DNA of 64,000 nt from an uncultured Bacteroidales bacterium. Lineage in GTDB: Bacteria; Bacteroidota; Bacteroidia; Bacteroidales; UBA10428. The notes under the pieces were generated by a model. That model made no database searches, was not told where the DNA came from, and saw nothing but the letters and a program-made list of their open reading frames with translations. Below are positions 35,287 to 43,724 of this stretch, one piece after another. How positions within the stretch are numbered: position 1 is the first letter of the stretch; each line of letters begins with the position of its first letter. Both the position numbers and the translations under genes were made by a program. The stretch spans positions 222,953 to 286,952 of the forward strand of contig CAVPIY010000011.1 in NCBI GenBank assembly GCA_963705125.1. The letters run 5' to 3'.

Positions 35287-36289
35287 TCTCTGCTGCCCTG
35301 TCTGCCATAAAGAGGACTTCATGGGTATGCATAGCATCGGTCAGACTTGTCAGCGGCATCTCCTTTCCCTGATCCAGGGCTTGAAAAAAGGCTTCAAATT
35401 GTGTCATGTAAGGATGATCTGAAACATCCCCGGAGTCAAGCATTTTCATGGACAGCTCACTCCATTTGCCCTTGTTCAGGCCTGCGAGTTGTGTGGAATA
35501 AAATTTGTTATCGAGCAGACTACCCTCGCTTCCCACCAAATGAATATGAAAATAATAAGGTTGAAGACAATCAATAACCGAAGCTACCTTGCCTACCCTT
35601 CCATCTTTGAATTTCAGGATGGTAACGCTGCTTGTGGGGTATTCGTAAAGCTTAAAATCCTTGTTTGCGGATGAAGTCGAATAACTGCTTACTTTTTCAA
35701 CATCATGGCCCATAAAGAGCAAAAGGGCATCGAGTGCGTGACAGCCCGCGGATAACAGGCTGCTGCCACTCTTTTCCTTCTTTATATTCCAGCGAAATTG
35801 TCCGTACCAGGGGCCAACTCCATGATAGTAATCTACTTCGGCATAATGAATCCGGCCCAGTAAACCCTTGTCGATCACAGATTTAATGGCGGTAAGCTGA
35901 CTTGAAAAACGGCATTCAAAACAGACACAGGTTTTTACCCCTGCCTTTTTTACGGCCGCCTGGATGGCCAGACAATCGTCCCAGGTCAAAGCCATTGGCT
36001 TTTCAATGATCATGTGCTTGCCTGCCTTTGCCGCAGCTATGGCTTGTGAAGCATGCAGATCGGAATAACTGCAAATGGATACAATGTGGATTTCCGGATT
36101 GGCCAGCATCTTATCCAGTTCAGTATAACAGGTGATATTGCCGCCATGTTGCCTGCTGACCTGTGCAGGGTCCAGCTTCCGGGATGAACAGATTGCCGTG
36201 ACCCGGGCGAGAGAGGTGTTGTTGATCGCATCAATGTGTGCACCTGCAGCCCAGCTGTAGCCAATGATACCAACGTTGTATTTTTTCAT
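35276..36289 (-). CDS. Gfo/Idh/MocA-family oxidoreductase (no signal peptide)
   Basis: 'MKKYNVGIIGYSWAAGAH' Rossmann start at 36289 (the ORF track extends to 36325). 'AGKHMIIEKPMA' is also present. Confidence 0.75.
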   Translation of the reverse strand: MKKYNVGIIGYSWAAGAHIDAINNTSLARVTAICSSRKLDPAQVSRQHGGNITCYTELDKMLANPEIHIVSICSYSDLHASQAIAAAKAGKHMIIEKPMALTWDDCLAIQAAVKKAGVKTCVCFECRFSSQLTAIKSVIDKGLLGRIHYAEVDYYHGVGPWYGQFRWNIKKEKSGSSLLSAGCHALDALLLFMGHDVEKVSSYSTSSANKDFKLYEYPTSSVTILKFKDGRVGKVASVIDCLQPYYFHIHLVGSEGSLLDNKFYSTQLAGLNKGKWSELSMKMLDSGDVSDHPYMTQFEAFFQALDQGKEMPLTSLTDAMHTHEVLFMADRAAEKSA

Positions 36290-36335
36290 ATGATTAGGAA
36301 TATTTAAGATTAAAAGTAATTGCATTTATACATAA

Positions 36336-39290
36336 TCAGAAATTCTCAAACGGTTTTCCTTCACTGATAAGGGTAACCTGAACCCGCAAATTTACATCCT
36401 TTGGCCCGTCACAGGAAAATGAGATCATATTGTCTCCCGGCAACAATGTCGGTATGCTTCCTGAAAAGGCAACATCTTTCAGAAATTCACCCCTTGATCC
36501 ATATAATTTGCATTCAGAAGGCGAATGGAATTCAAGGTACATGCCGGACTCCATTTTAACTGGAAAAGTGATTGTCACGTCACCCACCTGAATTACCGGA
36601 TTTGCAATGGTTATCGGAACCATGGGCAAGGCTTTTACCGGGCCGAGCAGGCAGGTCACATCCTTCCCTGCAGGCAGGTTGTTATACCATAACTGAAGCT
36701 TATTCACGCTGTTGAATTGCAGTACATGGCGATAGGAGTCATATACATAAAATCCTGAATCCGGCCAGATGTAATGACTGAATTCCGATGATTCAACTTC
36801 AACCAGTTCGAAATACTTCCATCCGGTAAAATCGATCTTCACAAAATGATCTCCCCTGGCACCATGGGACAGGTGTTTAGGGCTTTCAAGTCTGAAATTC
36901 AGCAGTTCCCCCTTACCATCTCCTTTTATCCAAACACCCATTGCCTGGTTCCGGCTCAGATCCAGCCAGGGATCAAATACACGCTCCAACTTTATCCATG
37001 ACCCCTCACGCGGGGACTGGCCATTGCTGCGGGCATAGAAGTTACCACTGACTTCCCCGTCCGGTGTTTTTTCATTTGTTATGCTTAATCCGCCCGATAT
37101 ACCTTTATTGCTAAAGGCTTCGGAAAACTGATCCTTTTTTGTGAATCGGACCAGGGCAATATTATCCGGGTGCTTATATCGCATCACCGACATGAGCGGT
37201 TCAATCCTTAGCTTCAGAGGCTGTGGACCATATTCATTGTGCACCGTCCAGCGTGAAGAAGGGTCATTGGGTCCGGTAACCTTGTGCTTCTGGTAGGTAA
37301 TTGGCTTAAAATTCCATTGGCCCTTGTCATCCCGAAAAAGTGTAAACTCTTTTCCGGGCTGGCGCAGTATACTTCTTACCGAATCGCTGAAATAATGTTT
37401 ATGCCGTAATTCCTCATATTGTCTGACAATGGGGATCAGTCTCCCGAACAGCGGATTCTCCTGCAGGGTTTTCTGGTCCACACCTCCAAGCATGGAAAGC
37501 CCGGCATTATTGCCGATCATTTTACAGCAAAGGTATTCGACATCATCCGGAAAGGTAGGTTCCACCATGGGCGGATTCCAGGTCTGGTTTCCCCACCATC
37601 CGAAATGCAACGGGAGCATCAGGGCACCGTTTTCTGAAGGAGCATACTTGTCGATAAGGGGAGTATGTCCCCGCCAGAGGCCATGTTCATATTCATTGGA
37701 TTTGATCTTTTCCGGCAGAAAGATATTTACTGATTTTATGGCCGCGGAATGAATGTCAATAAATCTCTTATAACCCCTGACAGGCCGGTCCCATGCCTGC
37801 CAACGCGAGCGGAAATGCCACCAGTGGTGTGACATGGAACTCATTTCCATGCCGACGGGGCGCTCCAGATGTTCAGCCACCTGAAAAATGAACTTGGTGC
37901 CATAATACCAGAAATTCTCCGGACCGGCAAGAATATCACTCCCATCAATGGCATCAAAATATATTCCGTCGAAACCGCATTTACTTACAATATCCGCTGT
38001 ATGCCTGGCAATTTCATCGAAAAGGTCCGTCTCCGGCCCGGGAACAAACCTGCCGAACATCTCACGCAGATGGTAGGACTTTTCTTCAGCACCGTGTTCA
38101 GCCGCCCGGGTTCCGTTTGCACCCCTTTTACAGCCCGTAAACATATAAGGCGGAGATTTTGTAACGCCGGTATATTCAATCAGCTCATCGCCGATACGGA
38201 GCGTAGTGCTGTTACGGACAAAAAAACCGGTTGTCAATGATATATCGTTGGTGGATTCATTTACCGTTATTTCCTTGTCTGTGGCATTAACCGGTCCGGT
38301 CAGAGTATATACATTGAAATATCCCAGATCTTTACTTGGTACAGGTCGTACATATTTTGCATCCTTGTCTATAAAAAACGCATAGGTATGAAATATGACA
38401 GAAATACCTGCCTGATGAAGACGGTCATTTATGCGTTTGAATGAATCCCAGCCATCATGCCATTTCGTGGTATCAATCTCCAGATCACCGAATCTGAAGA
38501 AACCCGTACCGCCATGATTATCAATCTGGTTGAATCCAAGTTTGCCGCATGTCGTGATCCATTCATCCACAGTTTCTTCGGTGAGTGTGCCAAAATTCAT
38601 CAGGTAGGAGCCATATCCCTCTTTTTGCAGCTGCGCCCAGGCTCCCCCCTTGTCAGAGTGGGGAACTTCCTTCGCATTTTGCATGACACTCCGGATTACC
38701 GGAAGGATGCGTTGCATGGGAATCCCGACCAGGGTAATTTCAGCACCCTGTATGCCGAAACGATCATAGCAGGTAGCCCAGAGATGAGTTTGCAAAGCCG
38801 GGAGCTGGCGGACATGTGTGAATAAGTTCATGGATAGTGCGCAGGCTGCAAAGGATTCGTATGGCATTCCTTCCACGCGCAGCGGAACGTCAATGAATGT
38901 CAGTGATTCAGCCCGGCCTGTTACACCGGTAACCTCAAAAGAGATATGATCTTTTGACTTCTTCAAAAGAATCTCAGCCACAACTCCGGCATCCCGGAAA
39001 TCGAGTTTCAGGAGATTTCCCTTCAATGACACTGCGGTTACAGGGTACTTTTTGCCATCCGAAACCACTGTGGCACAATAAGAAACAGAATCATGGTCCA
39101 GGTAATCCGTGCCGGATGATTTGTCGGTAAAATGCAGGTTTTTTCCGTCACGGGATATCCCATAGCTAAAATGCCGGTTACCTATGACGACATCACCCGT
39201 TGAACCGGAATGACAGCCGGCAGAGAACAGGATTACCAATATGATTATCAGTGATCCCGGACCAAACCTGAAATGATCGTTTATTTTCAT
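36336..39290 (-). CDS. large hypothetical lipoprotein (possible TIM-barrel glycosidase-like core)
   Basis: 984-aa ORF with lipobox 'LFSAGC'. Central segments 'GFNQIDNHGGTGFF' and 'CGFDGIYFDAIDGSD' have the flavour of a (beta/alpha)8 carbohydrate-active domain. No family recognised. Confidence 0.4.
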   Translation of the reverse strand: MKINDHFRFGPGSLIIILVILFSAGCHSGSTGDVVIGNRHFSYGISRDGKNLHFTDKSSGTDYLDHDSVSYCATVVSDGKKYPVTAVSLKGNLLKLDFRDAGVVAEILLKKSKDHISFEVTGVTGRAESLTFIDVPLRVEGMPYESFAACALSMNLFTHVRQLPALQTHLWATCYDRFGIQGAEITLVGIPMQRILPVIRSVMQNAKEVPHSDKGGAWAQLQKEGYGSYLMNFGTLTEETVDEWITTCGKLGFNQIDNHGGTGFFRFGDLEIDTTKWHDGWDSFKRINDRLHQAGISVIFHTYAFFIDKDAKYVRPVPSKDLGYFNVYTLTGPVNATDKEITVNESTNDISLTTGFFVRNSTTLRIGDELIEYTGVTKSPPYMFTGCKRGANGTRAAEHGAEEKSYHLREMFGRFVPGPETDLFDEIARHTADIVSKCGFDGIYFDAIDGSDILAGPENFWYYGTKFIFQVAEHLERPVGMEMSSMSHHWWHFRSRWQAWDRPVRGYKRFIDIHSAAIKSVNIFLPEKIKSNEYEHGLWRGHTPLIDKYAPSENGALMLPLHFGWWGNQTWNPPMVEPTFPDDVEYLCCKMIGNNAGLSMLGGVDQKTLQENPLFGRLIPIVRQYEELRHKHYFSDSVRSILRQPGKEFTLFRDDKGQWNFKPITYQKHKVTGPNDPSSRWTVHNEYGPQPLKLRIEPLMSVMRYKHPDNIALVRFTKKDQFSEAFSNKGISGGLSITNEKTPDGEVSGNFYARSNGQSPREGSWIKLERVFDPWLDLSRNQAMGVWIKGDGKGELLNFRLESPKHLSHGARGDHFVKIDFTGWKYFELVEVESSEFSHYIWPDSGFYVYDSYRHVLQFNSVNKLQLWYNNLPAGKDVTCLLGPVKALPMVPITIANPVIQVGDVTITFPVKMESGMYLEFHSPSECKLYGSRGEFLKDVAFSGSIPTLLPGDNMISFSCDGPKDVNLRVQVTLISEGKPFENF

Positions 39291-39314
39291 GATCGTTTGG
39301 AAAATTTATATCTG

Positions 39315-39447
39315 GTCCCTACGGGACTTCAGATTATTGCATATTTATTTTACTACCGATATAGTGTCCCTTCGGGACGGTTCCGTTAGGAACCTAATAT
39401 GGTTAGAAATTGTAATAGCTCAGAATAACCCATAGTCCCATAGGGAC
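39315..39447. repeat. three GTCCC-NNN-GGGAC mini-hairpins plus a GGTTCC-GTTA-GGAACC hairpin
   Basis: 'GTCCCTACGGGAC' (39315-39327), 'GTCCCTTCGGGAC' (39366-39378), 'GGTTCCGTTAGGAACC' (39379-39394) and 'GTCCCATAGGGAC' (39435-39447). Confidence 0.7.
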
Positions 39448-39491
39448 GAAATAGATAACTTTCAAATCATCAAAATCCGCCCCAATAAAAT

Positions 39492-41957
39492 CTATTTCCC
39501 ATTCCCTGCAGTAATAACATACTCCCCCTCTCCCAATTCAAATTCCTCATACCTCTTCCGATTAGGATCCATTGCTATAGGCGTATTGGTTTCACTGTCC
39601 AGTACGGATATTTTCTGTTGTCTGGTCACCGGCAGTTTTATTGTTGCGATAGTACCTTCCGGTATTTTCATGTCAAATGTCACCTGGGTTGATCCTTTTC
39701 TTTCCCAGTTGGAAACAATTTCTCCAAAAGGCGAATGGTAATTGCACTTCACATAATTAAGCTCTTTTGGCAGGACAGGTGCGATCGTAAATCTTTTAAA
39801 TCCCGGATATTCCGGGTCGGGCTGTATGCCGGCAAGCCACCTGTAAAACCACTGGGAAACGGACCCGAACATCGGATGGCAATTGGAGTACACATCATCA
39901 CTCTCCTTCCAGGTCTCCCAAATTGTTGTTGCGCCCCGGTCGATCATGTGTCCCCATCCAGGGAAAGCCCTGCTGTTTATAATTTCAAATACCGAGTTCC
40001 TGTGTCCGCTGGTGGAGAGTGCTTCCAAAATATACTGGGTGCCAAAAATGCCCGTGGTAAAATGACCGGCAGGACCCTCTGCTATGGCATTGTACAGTAA
40101 ATCAATGGCATTTCTTTTTTCATTTTCCGGTATGATATCATGATAAAGCAGCGTGGCATAAAGTGTCTGCCTGTTTATCGTGTCTCTCACCGGCTTCCTC
40201 CAGTATTCCTCCAGAACATAACTGGTCAGTTTATCTGCCAGTTTTTCAAACCTGGCTTCATTCTCTTTGTCATTCATGATAGCCGCAAACCGCTTCATGA
40301 TCCTGGCGCATTGAAGGTAGTGTGTTGTGCCGATCAGTTTCACGGGAACTTTCACCAGTGATTCGTGATCGCTCAATCCGCGATCGATAACCCCGGATGG
40401 ATGTAATCGGGCAACCTTATCCATCCATTTCAGGTCAAGATCATACAGTTCTTTTACCAGTTCAATATCGTTATAATACAGGAGAAGTTTATACTGTGTT
40501 ATAAGGAAAGCAGATTCCCAACTTATTCCGCAATTGTTAATTCCGAAAAAAGCAGTAGGTGCTATATCGGTAAAAACCGAATCCTTTATCGCATCAACCC
40601 AATCGTAAATCGTTTTACGATAGAAAGAATGCATATCAAAATTAAACATAAACGATTCGCATGTAGCATTCAGGTCGCCTCCATACCCGAATCTTTCCCT
40701 TCCGGGGCAATCAGACTGCACGCTGATCAGGTTATCCGTAAATGTTCGTCTGGCAGCCTGCTGAATTTCATTGATCAGATCAGATGAACAGGAGAAGCTG
40801 TTGGATGTGTCAACATTTGTATTAAAAGCTATCCCTTCTGCATCATTTATCTCAGGCTTATACTTTAATCCCGAAATTTCAAGGTACCTGTAAATATGAA
40901 AAGTGAACAACGGGGTGTACCAGATATCTGTCTTGTTTCCAAAAATGTATTTATCAGTCTGCCAGGCAACGTCAGGGCATCCTGGTCCATTGTCTGTATG
41001 CCAGACTGCCTCCTGCTGTTCAGTACTGTTGGTCTTTTTTCTTTTAATCTGACCGGCAACGGAAGTCAGGGGATTTAAAGCACCGTTTTCATAAAGCCTC
41101 TCTCCAAAGCGGAGCGTAACTGTGTCCCCCTTCTCACCTTTGAGCCTGATCCTGTAAAGACCGGTGAAATTCACACCCATATCCAGTATATAAATACCCT
41201 TCACAGGTGAGGAAACAGCAATGGGATTATGCCTGCCAGTAACCTGAACAGGAGGGAAGAATGCTTTTAGCAATATGCTGCCAGGTCCGTTATTTTTAAC
41301 AGATTTCTTCCAGCCTGAGTCTTCAAAACCAGCAAGATTCCAGCCTTCGATCTCCTTTCCGGCATGATAAACTTCACCCAGATATACATTATTTTTCAGA
41401 ATCGGGCCATATGAATACTTCCATGACCTGTCGGTAATAACCACTTCTGTTTCACCGTTATCATACTCTAATTTAAGTCTGGCGATAAAAGTTGGTTTTC
41501 CAACAGGCAGATAGTCACGCAGATTATAAGTACTCCACATTCTCATGGGCAGGGGATTATAGAAGCCATTACCCAGAGTGGTACCTATACAGTTTAACCC
41601 TGCCTTAATATCTGATGTTATGGTATACTCAGAATAGTAGATTCTCTTCCTGTAGTTGGTCCAGGCAGGATCAAGATAATTCTCACCTATTGGTTTTCCG
41701 TTTATGGATGCGCTGTAATAGCCGGCAGCCGTAATATACAAGGTGGCTGATTTTAAGTTCTCCTTAACGGAGAACTCTTTCCGGAATAAGGGTGCTGGAA
41801 ATTCTCCATACATCAATGAGTCAGCGACCGGCCATTCCCGGGCATCAGTAATCCATTCCGCATGCAACAGATCGGTATTTTCAACAGGCCGATCAGATGA
41901 TTTACTGCAGGAAAGCAGGATTGGAAACAAGAAAAAAGCAACCAGAATCTTGTACAT
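39492..41957 (-). CDS. alpha-L-rhamnosidase-like glycoside hydrolase (GH78)
   Basis: 821-aa ORF with lipobox 'LLSC'. N-terminal 'FRKEFSV...ATLYITAAGYYSASINGKPIG..YLDPAWTNYRKRIYYSEYTIT' and 'SVQSDCPGRERFGYGGD' follow the GH78 N-domain / six-hairpin pattern. Confidence 0.7.
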   Translation of the reverse strand: MYKILVAFFLFPILLSCSKSSDRPVENTDLLHAEWITDAREWPVADSLMYGEFPAPLFRKEFSVKENLKSATLYITAAGYYSASINGKPIGENYLDPAWTNYRKRIYYSEYTITSDIKAGLNCIGTTLGNGFYNPLPMRMWSTYNLRDYLPVGKPTFIARLKLEYDNGETEVVITDRSWKYSYGPILKNNVYLGEVYHAGKEIEGWNLAGFEDSGWKKSVKNNGPGSILLKAFFPPVQVTGRHNPIAVSSPVKGIYILDMGVNFTGLYRIRLKGEKGDTVTLRFGERLYENGALNPLTSVAGQIKRKKTNSTEQQEAVWHTDNGPGCPDVAWQTDKYIFGNKTDIWYTPLFTFHIYRYLEISGLKYKPEINDAEGIAFNTNVDTSNSFSCSSDLINEIQQAARRTFTDNLISVQSDCPGRERFGYGGDLNATCESFMFNFDMHSFYRKTIYDWVDAIKDSVFTDIAPTAFFGINNCGISWESAFLITQYKLLLYYNDIELVKELYDLDLKWMDKVARLHPSGVIDRGLSDHESLVKVPVKLIGTTHYLQCARIMKRFAAIMNDKENEARFEKLADKLTSYVLEEYWRKPVRDTINRQTLYATLLYHDIIPENEKRNAIDLLYNAIAEGPAGHFTTGIFGTQYILEALSTSGHRNSVFEIINSRAFPGWGHMIDRGATTIWETWKESDDVYSNCHPMFGSVSQWFYRWLAGIQPDPEYPGFKRFTIAPVLPKELNYVKCNYHSPFGEIVSNWERKGSTQVTFDMKIPEGTIATIKLPVTRQQKISVLDSETNTPIAMDPNRKRYEEFELGEGEYVITAGNGK

Positions 41958-41979
41958 AGTTTGTTATGTTTAAATACTA

Positions 41980-42813
41980 CTGATGCGTTAAAAATTGATT
42001 GTTAAATAAATCATATTGTTCTGAGGCATTTTGATTGACTTACAACTTAGAAGATTTAAATTGGACTGTACAAAACACAGAGTGCTTGAACGTGAATAGC
42101 ACCGGGTGCAACCCGGTGGTAACATAGTATGTTGTTGTATCAACCACGTTAGTGGTTGAATTATTGATAGATGTGTTATTCGATTCATGTATGTTCAACC
42201 ACTTCGTGGTTGGAGTGGAAAGGCCTGTATGATACACCGGGTTGCACCCGGTGTTATTCAAATCGAGCCGCTCAGCGGCTAAAAACGAACCTGCACGAAA
42301 AAACACACTTACCTGAGTTCCTAATTTTGGAAATCGTACGTACAAAACTACAATTCAATTCATATCAAAAAATCAAAGAACGATTATATTATATTTAATA
42401 TCAATAATATATAATTGCTTTTGGCTTTAGTTTAAATAAGCGCTTGAAACTGTATATATTATGAGTTAACAATTGTAAGGTGAATTAAAAGTTAAATAAA
42501 GTACCATTGATTAACCCTGAAAGGGTTTCATCTTAATAACCGTGGGTGAAACCCACGGTTAGTGATGTAACAAAAACCTCAGCCCCGAAGTGGGCTGAAT
42601 TATGTTTTTGAAAGTTCAGCCGCTTCGCGGCTGATGGATCTTTGAGCTTTCCACCGTGGGTTTCACCCACGGTTATTTAGATTTAGCCACCTCGTGGCTA
42701 TTTAAATTAACCAATAATAAAAGTATCTATTATTAAACAATTGCACAACTCATAGTCCACTTTTAAACGCTAAATTTAACTAAAGCCTTATTTTTAACAA
42801 ATTAACGTATCAG
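41980..42813. repeat. hairpin-rich non-coding element, copy B
   Basis: Bounded by 'CTGATGCGTTAA' and 'TTAACGTATCAG' (11 of 12 inverted). Contains at least nine stem-loops, e.g. 'CACCGGGTGCAACCCGGTG', 'CAACCACGTTAGTGGTTG', 'CCGTGGGTGAAACCCACGG' and 'CAGCCGCTTCGCGGCTG'. The 45-nt core (42367-42411) is shared with copy A. Only short, low-complexity ORFs are present. Confidence 0.55.
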
Positions 42814-42829
42814 CTGTAATTTGTATTAT

Positions 42830-43696
42830 TTAATAATGATACAACCCGGGCCTCAGTCCGGTATACCATGGATTTGCCTTACGCATCTCTGCCACCTTAC
42901 CGGGAAATACATCTGCGAGTATAATGCCTTCCTTATCCCATATTTCAGCCATTACTTCTCCTTCGGGCCCGGTGATATTGCTTCCTCCCCGGCAGGGATC
43001 TCCTTCTTCATTCTTTCCGCAGCAGCATGAAACTGCCATGATCATGGAATTGCCTGCGGCGAGGTTTTTAACCTCTTCAGGTCCACGGCTGCCCCGGTTG
43101 TTCATCCAAAAAACCATGGAACAACCCAGGTTCGCATAGGAACGGGTCATTTCAGGAAAATCGCCATCATAGCAGATCATAATTCCACATGGATAACCTC
43201 TGTAATGAAAGGTCACCAGTTTATCTCCCGGGGCATAAAAAGTAGGCTCATGCCGCAATCCCTCCGCTTTCCACCAGAGATGAGTCTTACGGTAATTGGC
43301 AATAACCCCGTCTTTTGAAACAACAGGAGCAGAAATATAATAGTTGTCATTGTCCTTCTCTGTAAGTCCATAGATAATTAGGGATCCGGAACCTTTCAGC
43401 AATTTCTGAAATGCCTGGGTGGTAAAGCCATCAACAGGCTCTGCCAGCTTATGCAGGTTTTTATCATACCCTACCAGCAGTTCCTCATGGAACAAAATGA
43501 TTTCGGCCTGCCGGGCCAGGGCTTTTTCCGCAAAGTCCAGGGCTTTTCTCCGGTTGGTTTCCACCTGGCCCGGGTTCCCATCCTGCTGCACAACAGCTAT
43601 CCGAACCGGTTTCTCAACAAATACATGGGTTGCGCCCATGGTGGTGAAAGCTGCTGTCCCAATAGCAGCCTGTTTCAGGAAAGATCTTCTTTTCAT
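42830..43696 (-). CDS. TAT-exported carbon-nitrogen hydrolase (nitrilase superfamily)
   Basis: 288-aa ORF with twin-arginine signal 'MKRRSFLKQAAIGTAAF'. 'ILFHEELLVGY' (Glu), 'YRKTHLW' (Lys) and 'GIMICYDGDFPE' (Cys) match the catalytic triad contexts. Confidence 0.7.
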   Translation of the reverse strand: MKRRSFLKQAAIGTAAFTTMGATHVFVEKPVRIAVVQQDGNPGQVETNRRKALDFAEKALARQAEIILFHEELLVGYDKNLHKLAEPVDGFTTQAFQKLLKGSGSLIIYGLTEKDNDNYYISAPVVSKDGVIANYRKTHLWWKAEGLRHEPTFYAPGDKLVTFHYRGYPCGIMICYDGDFPEMTRSYANLGCSMVFWMNNRGSRGPEEVKNLAAGNSMIMAVSCCCGKNEEGDPCRGGSNITGPEGEVMAEIWDKEGIILADVFPGKVAEMRKANPWYTGLRPGLYHY

Positions 43697-43724
43697 TACA
43701 CTAACATGTTTAAATCAATATGGC

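Noticed and set aside
41988-42398. Three overlapping 66-101-aa ORFs in the large GH78-upstream gap
   Set aside because: They run through hairpin repeats, overlap each other on both strands, and have low-complexity, Thr/Asn/Val-rich sequences. The region is better explained as a non-coding repeat element.
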